Position numbers and translations under genes: made by a program
In this document: piece by piece, positions 55,201-64,000 of the stretch
How the letters are laid out: each line of letters opens with the position of its first letter
How positions within the stretch are numbered: the stretch's first letter is position 1
Notes under the pieces: model-generated
Database searches by the model: none
What the model was told of the DNA's origin: nothing
Seen by the model: the letters and a program-made list of their open reading frames with translations, nothing else
Assembly: GCA_030390025.1 (NCBI GenBank)
Contig: CM059433.1
Coordinates: 11,906,001-11,970,000 of the forward strand
Length of the DNA: 64,000 nucleotides
Source of the DNA: Squalus acanthias
Lineage: Eukaryota
Reading direction: 5' to 3'

Positions 55201-56490
55201 GACACGGATTTATGAAAGGGAAATCGTGTTTGACAAATCTGTTAGAGCTTTTTGAGGTTGTAACTAGCAGAATAGATAAGGGGGAACCAGTGGATGTGGT
55301 GTATTTGGATTTTCAGAAGGCATTCGATAAGGTGCCACACAAGAGGTTATTAAACAAAATTAGGGCTCATGGGATTGGGGGTAATATACTAGCATGGATT
55401 GAGGATTGGTTAATGGACAGAAAACAGAGAGGAGGAATAAACGGGTCATTTTCGGGTTGGCAGGCAGTAACTATTGGGGTACCACAAGGATCAGTGCTTG
55501 GGCCTCAGCTATTCACAATCTACATCAATGATTTGGATGAGGGGACCAAATGTAATATATCCACGTTTGCTCATGATGCAAAGCTGGGTGGGAATGTAAG
55601 TTGTGAGGAGGATGCAAGGAGGCTTCAAGGGGATATAGACAGGCTAAGTGAGTGGGCAAGAACATGGCAAATGGAATATAATGTGGAGAAATGTGAAGTT
55701 ATCCACTTTGGTAGGAAAAATAGAAAAGCAGAGTATTTTTTAAATGGTGAGAGATTGGAAAATGTTGGTGTTCAGAGGGACCTGGGTGTCCTTGTACACG
55801 AATCACTGAAAGTTAACATGCAGGTACAGCAAGCAATTAGGAAAGCAAATGGTATGTTGGCCTTTATTACAAGAGGATTTGAGTATAATAGTAAAGACGT
55901 CTTACTGCAATTATATAGGGCCCTGGTGAGACCACACCTGGAGTATTGTGTACAGTTTTGGTCTCCAAGGAAGGATATACTTGACATAGAGGGAGTGCAA
56001 TGAAGGTTCACCAGACTGGTTCCTGGGATGGGTGGATTGTCCTATGAGGAGAGATTGAGTAGACTAGGCCTATATTCTCTAGAGTTTAGAAGAATGAGAG
56101 GTGATCTCATTGAAACATACAAAATTCTTACAGGGCTTGACAGGGTAGATGCAGGGAGGATGTTTCCCCTGGCTGGGGAGTCTAGAACCAGAGGTCACAG
56201 TCTCTGAATAAGGGCTCAGCCATTTAGGACTGAGGAGGAGGAGAAATTTCTTCACTCAGAGGGTGGTGAATCTTTGGAATTCTCTACCCCAGAGGGCTGT
56301 GGAGGCTCAGTCGTTGAGTATATTCAAGACAGAGATCGATAGGCTTTTGAATATTAAGGGAATCAAGGGATATGGGGATAGTGCGGGAAAGTGCAAATGA
56401 GGTAGAAGATCTGCCATGATCTTATTGAATGGCGGTGCAGGCTCGAAGGGCCAAATGGCCTACTCCTGCCTCTTGTTTCTTATGTTCTTA
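52260..56490 (+). mobile_element. Near full-length CR1 LINE (ORF1 Cys-rich + SGNH esterase; ORF2 APE + RT), inactivated
   Basis: ORF1 from 52506 (CxxC...CxxC, VVVGDSIVR); APE motifs (LYLNAQSIRNK, LDLVL, GKSDHN); RT motifs (YLDFQKAFDKV, GVPQGSVLGP); stops and frameshifts; tail ttcttatgttctta. Confidence 0.93.
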
Positions 56491-57229
56491 CCCCCTCCCA
56501 TTTGCCTCCCTCCCATGGGCTTACCTGCGTACCGGCTCGGCATCTGAAATCTAAAGGGCGTACACAGGCGAGCTGGGTTGGGGTGTCTGATTGGCTCTAG
56601 CTCCCACTCCCTATTCCAAGGATGAATGTAGGACGGTGCTTAGACCTCTCTCTTCTGGTGTGTGAGTTCAACGTTATCGAGTGCTATCCAATTTAAGCCC
56701 CAGTGTTTATAAGCCTACTCCAGTGAGTATCTGTGTTAAATTCCAACCTTATTTAACAATAACAGCTTGCATTTGTATAGCACCATTAACACTGAAAACG
56801 TCCCAAGACACTTCGCAGAAGCATAAGGATGTCTAGTCAAAGAAGGGGAAATTATGAGGCGTCACCAAAAGCTTGAGGGTCCTAAAGGAGGGGCGGAGGT
56901 TGGGAGATGGAGGGGTTTAGGGAAGAGTGTTCCAAAGCATGGGAACCAGGTGGCTGAAGGCACGGCCCCCAATTCTGGGTTGAAAGGAAAGTGCAATGCA
57001 TAAGAGGCCGGAGACAGAGGAATGGAATGTGTCAGGATGGGGAGGGAAGTGTAGGACTGGAGGAGGTAACAGAGATAGGAAGGGGCAAGGCCACGGGCAA
57101 ACAATTTAAACAAAGGAACTGCAGCAGTTCCCGTAACTGTTCTTTACTAATGTCAAATTCCATTGTCCACTCACCAGACAATTCTGCCTTTAGTTATTTA
57201 TGTAAATAGAAACAGCATAACTACAGCAA

Positions 57230-57365
57230 AAGCAAAATACTAATGGATGCTGGAAATCTGAAATATAAACAGAAAACGCTGGAAACACTCAGCAGCTCGG
57301 GTAGCATCTGTGGAGAGAAAAAGTGAGTTAACATTTCAGGTTGATAACCTTTCATCAGAACTTTT
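57230..57365 (-). mobile_element. Penelope-like terminal-repeat fragment
   Basis: Similar to 9105-9195 and 60474-60590. Confidence 0.75.
57326..57362 (-). ncRNA. Hammerhead ribozyme motif, slightly decayed
   Basis: Minus strand: agtt CTGATGA a aggtt-atc-aacct GAAA TGTT aact. Confidence 0.6.
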
Positions 57366-57669
57366 CTTGTATCCTGTCCAGATGTGTGCAAGATGTACTA
57401 GTGGAGTGTCCTCAGATATGGAAGCAGTAATCAAATTTTGGATAGAGTTGGGCTTTATAACCATTGAAGGAGAAAAGACATGTTTGGTACAAAAGAGGAA
57501 AGAGATTCTTGGAGGCAGCTTTAGCAATGTTAGGGACGTATGGGTTTCATTTGAGATTAAAGGAGTCGTGAGGGCAAGATTGTTGATAGATGAAGAACTA
57601 AGAATGGGGCCCTTAAATATAAGAGATGATAGCTGTTAGTTGAACGTAAAAGGGATGTGAAGACATTGT

Positions 57670-59942
57670 GGCCGGAATTTTGTCGGCGGCTCAGAGGACG
57701 GGTTCGGTGGCGGGTCCACTGTCAAAATCGAAACGATTGACAGCGGGTCGGGATCCCGCTTGTTGGGGAGAAAATAAGATTCTCAGAGCCTAGATAAAGT
57801 TCAAAAACACACAGTTTATTGACAAAGTACTTTGGGAGCCGGAGTCAAAAAGGTCCCGTGACCTTTGTAACATCCTTCTCGTTTAACCTTTGTTCAGTAC
57901 AGCTTATATTCAATATTTCTGGCTACATGCCATCATACATCGATTTTCGTCCAATTATATGGTATTACATTAATCACCTGATTATATTTTGCCTTTATCT
58001 ATATTTATTTGGCAATAATCAAAAAAGCAGTTACATCTTGTTACACCTTTTTGAGCATAGTCTAATCCCACGGTTTACTACTGTATGTTATCTGTGATTG
58101 GCACCGTGCCTACGGTCTCTAGCTAACTCTGTAAAAGGTCTCTTTCAATACCGTTTATTAAACACTGAACCCTCCCTCAAAAATCTGTCTGGCAGCTGTA
58201 AGCTTATCTATTCCTTGTCTCAATTTGCAAAACCTTCACTGCTCATGGTTTTATTGCAAATTGTGTAGAAATTGAATTTGACCATTCCAAATTAACCCTT
58301 TCACCGCTGTTAACCCGCCTCCATGTCAGTTTCCCAAGTGTCGAGACTGTCTGCCCTTGACAGACCCAACACCAAGTGGCAGGTGAGCCAATTCAGATAC
58401 TTAAGAGCTTGTTAAAAGGTACTTAAACACCATTTTACCGTGCACTTACCATTTTATCAGCTTTTTCACGAGGTTCCCGGTGCTCGGGGATCACATCAGG
58501 TAAGTAGGTCGGGCTGTCAATGACTCTCCATTGCTCTGAATAGTTGACAGCTGCAAATGTGGTATAACAGCTACCATTTCACAGCTGTTCACGTTCCACT
58601 GTTAGAAGCTGGAGCCTTCAGGATTTGGAAGACACTTTTCAGCTTTATGCAGTTTGGATGTGTTTGGAGTAAACTCTCTGTCCACTGTCACCTCCTTGGG
58701 GCAAGCTCTCTCACCATTGACAGATCGCTTCTGTCATCTCAACTTCAGCTGCCACCTATTCAATCAGCATCGGTACCCTTTAAAAAATCTCACCTTGGTC
58801 CTCAGAATCCCACCACGATCAGCCCCAACATTAACATCACCAACAACATCAAACTGCTCCGCAATCACTTGATGCTGCACAGGACACAGGGCATCAGCAC
58901 CCGACCACATTGCTGCCAGGGATGGCCTCACCAAGGCCAGATTTACTTCACTTGATGCTGTACACCCTGGCTGCCACATGATGCGCCAGGTTGGCACCAC
59001 CCCACACCAACACCGTAAAGCATCCCTACAATGCCCAAGCTTTCCTTTCACACTCATCACCATTGCGGGGGGTACCGTTATGTCTCACCATTCACTGCAA
59101 CTCACTAAGCCACTTCAAAGGTGCACACAAATCTGTCCAAGAAGGCAAAGTGTGGAAAATAAAGATTTCAATGTTTGGCAACACATCAACAGAAACTTTA
59201 CATGAACATTGGCGAAAACATCCAAGTGCCTACCATTGTGTGTTGTTAGTTGGTATGAGGGTGAGTGTGAGGGTTGGCTAGTGAGATGGGGATGTGATGA
59301 TGTAGATAGAGAGAGAGGGATGGGTGGAGGTGCAAGGTAAGTTGGTGTGAGTAAGGATGTGCAGGAGTAGGGTAGGGAAGGCAGAGTGATGGGGATGTGT
59401 TGAGTGGCACAGCAGGATGAGGTTGAGTGTGGCTTGTCAGTAACATTTCGTGATCTACTGAGATCATTGAAAGGTTTGCGCGACTGCAGCCTGGTCCTCC
59501 TAACGACATCTCTGCTTGTGCCCTCCTGTGCAATGTTCCACCTGGCTGCGTTGGTGTCCTGAGGAGGTCTCTTCCACCCATTGGAAGGGAAGAGAACCTC
59601 CCTGTGTGCTGTGACTCCCTCCATAAGCGTACGGATGGAGTCATGGGAGAACCTGGGTGCAGCCGTACACCTTTGTGCAGTGATTGTCAGTGTTTGTAGC
59701 ACCTCAATGCTGCAGAACACTGACAGCAGAACTGTCAAAATGAATGTGGACATGGTCCCTTTAAGGAAACCGGCTGATGACGCGTCATCAAATGACATCA
59801 CCAGAGCCGCTTCCTTTTAATTGGCCGGGAACCCCACAGGGCGGGCTTAACAAAGCCCAATCAATGGAAAATTCTTCTCTGAGCAGGGATGGAGCCGGGA
59901 GCGGGGTCGCAACCCGCCACTGACCTCGGCGAAATCGCGGCC
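57670..59942. mobile_element. Non-autonomous Harbinger derivative (same family as 22264-23983) with nested solo LTR
   Basis: Ends ggccggaatttt / gaaatcgcggcc; 58700-59930 aligns with 22750-23950. Confidence 0.85.
57761..58303 (-). mobile_element. Solo LTR (543 bp)
   Basis: TG...CA termini, 5-bp TSD ccgct (57756-57760, 58304-58308), AATAAA on the minus strand near the left end. Confidence 0.8.
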
Positions 59943-60471
59943 TGCATCTCTGAAGGAGTTCGAGACAATTTTACATTCTATAAAGCATAAAATAACGTCA
60001 TTTGTCAGTGCAGTGTAAGCTAAAATCAAACATTAACGCAATATATAAAATCTACAGAAAAGACACAGGTTTATTTCCAATTTTTGAGATAAGTAAACAT
60101 GGAAGAAGGAGTATTTTAGTTCATTACAATATTCAGTACATGTTTCATTAGAATTTATTCTACTTTGCACATTTTGTTTTATCCAGCATCGCAAAACGAA
60201 AGGACAATACAGATATATTCAGTCTTGGTTGAATAAGGTCACTGATTTTTATTATTCCACACCCATTACGTTTAGAGCTGTAATGTGGCTAACTCTAGTG
60301 AAAACACCAGGTGCTACAGTTATGTGTTACTTTTTGATTGCTGCAGTTCCTTCGCTTAGATTACTTTTTATTGCTAATAGATAGCACGACCAATCAAGCT
60401 ATTTTAGTGTGTATGACCGTCACCAGATCACATCAACTGATCGCAGGTAACCCAATATAAAAGTATGGCAA

Positions 60472-60677
60472 CAGCAAAATACTGCGGATGCTGGAAATCT
60501 GAAATAACAACAGAAAATGCTGGAAACACTCAGCAGGTCAGGCAGCATCGAGGAGAGAGAAACAGAGTCAACGTTTCGGGTCGAACCCTTGAAGGGTCAT
60601 CAACCTGAAACATTGACTCTATTTCTCTCTCCTCGATGCTGCCTGACCTGCTGAGTGTTTCCAGCATTTTCTGTTGT
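60472..60677. mobile_element. Penelope-like terminal-repeat insert arranged as an inverted pair (hairpin)
   Basis: Arms 60504-60590 and 60592-60680 are near reverse complements; 16-bp TSD tataaaagtatggcaa. Confidence 0.85.
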
Positions 60678-62112
60678 TATAAAAGTATGGCAATTGTGTC
60701 CTCTCACAGTACTAAATATTTTTTAATATTGGTGGTATTGGCGATTGGCAGCACATCAGTAACATTGGCCACAGTTGAGGCCAGATTATACATTGGTGTT
60801 AGGAAAGACAGCAGAGATGCCAAGTTTGTCAACGTCTTTTGTAGTGTTACCAGGGACTACACCCAAAGGATAATGGGTGTATAAAGTGAGCCTTTGTGAA
60901 TGAAACATGGAAATCAATAAGATATTTTATTTACACAGAGATGGTGAAATTAACATCTAACCTGTGGTAACCAGATACATTACGTAGTTCTGAAGGTATA
61001 ACAAGATAACACACAATGCAAGGGAACAGACTCAAACTGGAGGAGGTCTCAGAAATGATAAACCTTTAATTTCCTTTCAGGAGGTCGCCCTGGACATTCT
61101 TGCCTATATGTGCATTGAGTTAATAGGGAAGTTGAAGCCATAGGTGTCCTGTCAAGCTCAGGATTAGTACCATTCTGCTCTTGCTACATCTCATTCCCCC
61201 TTCTCACTCACAAAGACATGCACTTAACCACAAAAACATCAAACTCTGTTTGAAGCCATCTTTTGGAGCCAGCATTCAAACACATGTACTTCTTCTGTTG
61301 TTGCAGTCCAAGAAGCCCACTAGTAGGGTCCGTGACCCTGAGCAAGCCAGTGCCTCGCAGCAACCTACATCACTCTCACCGGTACATGCAAGCATTAGCA
61401 CGCACACCCCAGAGAATACAGATATTAAGCTTGAGGAGATAACACTGCATGAGTCACCGTATACAGATGAGGAAGGGCAAATGGGGGTGCGAGCCACAGG
61501 AGGCCATCAATGGTTCCTTCTACTTTGGGAAATGCAGCAATGCAGATAAATTGGGCAGTCGTGCCATGTTGCTGTTGCTAATTTGTGGGAAAGGAGGTGG
61601 AAGTGCTGGTTCTGTTGAACAAGGCGCCAGTCACTTGTGTGATCCATGAGTGGGCAGCAGATTGGCTGATACTGCAGGTGATCTCGATGCCATTCTGCGA
61701 GGAGACAGGCAAGGATGTCGAGGGAAGGAGGTGTCCTTGACTGTCCCCGGCAGTAAAATCCCGATGCTGGAAGTAACCTTGCAGCAGATGGCGAACCAAA
61801 GCCTCAGTCGTTGTCAGGTATGGTTGCTAGCATAATGGTGGATAGAGGCTGTTCACCTCTGCTGTCTCCTGATCTCCCTGGAATGCTTACTTTGAACTTC
61901 TTGGTCCTATTGCATGAAATTCTGTGATAGGGACAGTGGAAAACGGGCACAGCGAGGGCCAATTTCTGCCCCCTCGTATCTTGCACAAGAATGGCAAGAA
62001 AAAGAATTACAGTGTATCTTTAAGAGTTCACTTTAATGTTCATTTTAAATGGGCAGAGTTATCAGTGAGCAGGAAACGAAGGATATGGAGTACTGCGTGA
62101 TAATCCCCTTAA

Positions 62113-62576
62113 AAAGAAAGACATGCATTTATATAGCGCCTTTCACGACCACCGGATGTCTTAAAGCTCTTTACAGCCAATGAAGTACTTTTGGAGTGTA
62201 GTCACTGTTGTAATGTGGGAAACGCAGCAGCCAATTTGCGCACAGCAAGCTCCCACAAACAGCAATGTGATAATGACCAGATAATTTGTTTTTGTTAGTT
62301 GAGGGATAAATATTGGCCAGGACACCGGAGATAACTCCCCTGCTCTTCTTCGAAATAGTGGCCATGGGATCTTTTAAGTCCACCTGAGAGAGAGCAGACG
62401 GGGTCTCGGTTTAACGTCTCATCCGAAAGACGGCACCTCCGACAGTGCAGCACTCCCTCAGCACTGCACTGGGAGTGTCAGCCCAGCTTTATGTGCTCCA
62501 GTCCCAGGAGTGGGACTTGAACCCACAACCTTCTGACTCAGAGGCGAGTGTGCTACCCACTGAGCCACAGCTGACA
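62113..62576 (-). mobile_element. Deu-domain SINE
   Basis: Near-identical to 45084-45546. Confidence 0.85.
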
Positions 62577-63298
62577 CCTTATTTGAATGGAATTTTTATG
62601 TCTAATGAAGCTCTCTCATATTCTGTCTAAGAACAGGCAACAATGATGGGAACTAGCCATGGAAACTTGGAAAGGGAGCCAATAAGTTTTAGAACTTGTT
62701 ATTTTCTAGATCCTGCTTGCCTAGACTGGCATTTTTATCCTATAGTTGGCTACAGACCATTTCCTCCTTGAGACAGGAGGCGGCGAGGCGGAGTGGGGGT
62801 GTGGCGGTGGCGGGAACTGTCTAGCCCAAAGCAGCAAGTTATAGCTTGTCATTTACAGTATTCAAAGATAAATCAAAAGGCTGAACTGATAGAAAATGAG
62901 GAAAGAGAAATTTAAATAACAAAAAGTGGGGGTATTTTGTCTTTGTGCGAGAGTGTAAAACAGGCAATTATCAGACCAGTTGTCTGTTATACATCTCTCC
63001 CGCTTTTCATTTCCATTGACTTCCATTGACCTTCCTCTTTTTACACTATCGCACAAAGTCAAAATTACCTTCAGTCTTGTTCTCTGAAAAGATAAAGTAC
63101 AAGAAAATGGTTTTGCTAAAAACATTTATCCTATTTGTGCTGTACATCTAAGAACATTGGTGAAAAATGAGACTTACACAAAAACTCTGGCGGTTCTAAT
63201 CATCCTCCACTGAGGTACCATAGCGTTTAAAACCAATACCAATCTATCCATCGTGGATGTGGAATAATATCATGCTACAACATCAGGAGCTGACTGAA

Positions 63299-63690
63299 TT
63301 AAGGTATATCCTTATCAAATTCACAGACAAAATACATTGTAATATGACAGGCGACATCGTTCCACCCCCCAGAAGATACCATTTCCGCACAGTCTTCTTC
63401 ATCATAGGCATTGTTTGGTTCTCCATTCCGCCACTTGTTGAAGGCCAGCAGGGGTGACCCATCTGTAAAGACAAACTGGCCTTCCTCCTCCAGATCATTA
63501 ACGCCAATGAATACTCTGCTGAGCCCTGCTTCACTGATGTAAGAAGCAATGAGGCTGTTGGTTGCCTCATCTTTTGGCATTATGAGAAGTCCTCCTCGGT
63601 CACGACAATACTCATGGGCATCCGTGTACCTCTTCTCTTCCTTCACCAGCAGGTAAATCTTATTTTCTACCTCTCGTACTCCAGCAACAG
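63299..63690 (-). CDS. COLEC11: Collectin-11 terminal coding exon (C-type lectin carbohydrate-recognition domain)
   Basis: Acceptor cctgcag; [22 protein letters not shown]...[44 protein letters not shown] and WND motifs; lies next to ALLC as in human. Confidence 0.96.
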
Positions 63691-64000
63691 CTGCAGGGGA
63701 GGGCAGTGCTGAAAAGTGAGCACTTTGATTTCTGTTATATTTAATAAGACATAAGCAGCTTTACAAAGACACATTTTTCTCCCATGCAAATTCCGATTTC
63801 AGCTGGCATGCCTACGCCCATGTTCAAACGTCGTTTTACAAATGCTGCTGGAGGGGAAGTACCAAAATGAATTTGAATATGGTTTCGAGGCTTGTTCCTA
63901 TGCAACAAATGCAAAACGTCGCACATTGGGTGCAAGATCCCGATGCACAATATTGGACCCTTCAACGCATTGAAGGGCTTTGGAGACAAAACAGAGGAGA

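Noticed and set aside
61080..61975. Possible exon or gene (ORFs 61181-61835)
   Set aside because: No coherent frame; ends in a TIR-like aatttctgccccc, so probably an old transposon remnant, too decayed to call

Overview
Vertebrate genomic DNA, very probably from a shark or ray: it carries HE1-type V-SINEs, Deu-domain SacSINE-like SINEs, and CR1, L2, Penelope and PIF/Harbinger repeats. Two host genes lie on the minus strand. One is the last coding exon of collectin-11 (COLEC11, C-type lectin domain, 63299-63690). The other, downstream, is allantoicase (ALLC), with 10 coding exons from the ATG at 42349 to 7114. These total 1035 nt (345 codons) in one open frame with GT-AG sites; I could not find the final exon, which probably lies left of position 1. 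The rest is mostly transposon-derived. The most notable non-genic structures are: (i) a ~4.85 kb minisatellite of ~186 26-bp units built on the palindrome GTGTAATTACAC, with three two-state variable positions, next to a promoter-like segment upstream of ALLC; (ii) several minimal hammerhead-ribozyme motifs in short Penelope-related inserts, some with clear target-site duplications (TSDs); (iii) a cluster of two-gene Harbinger elements, deletion derivatives and MITEs, one holding a nested solo LTR. All calls were made by eye; no searches were run.
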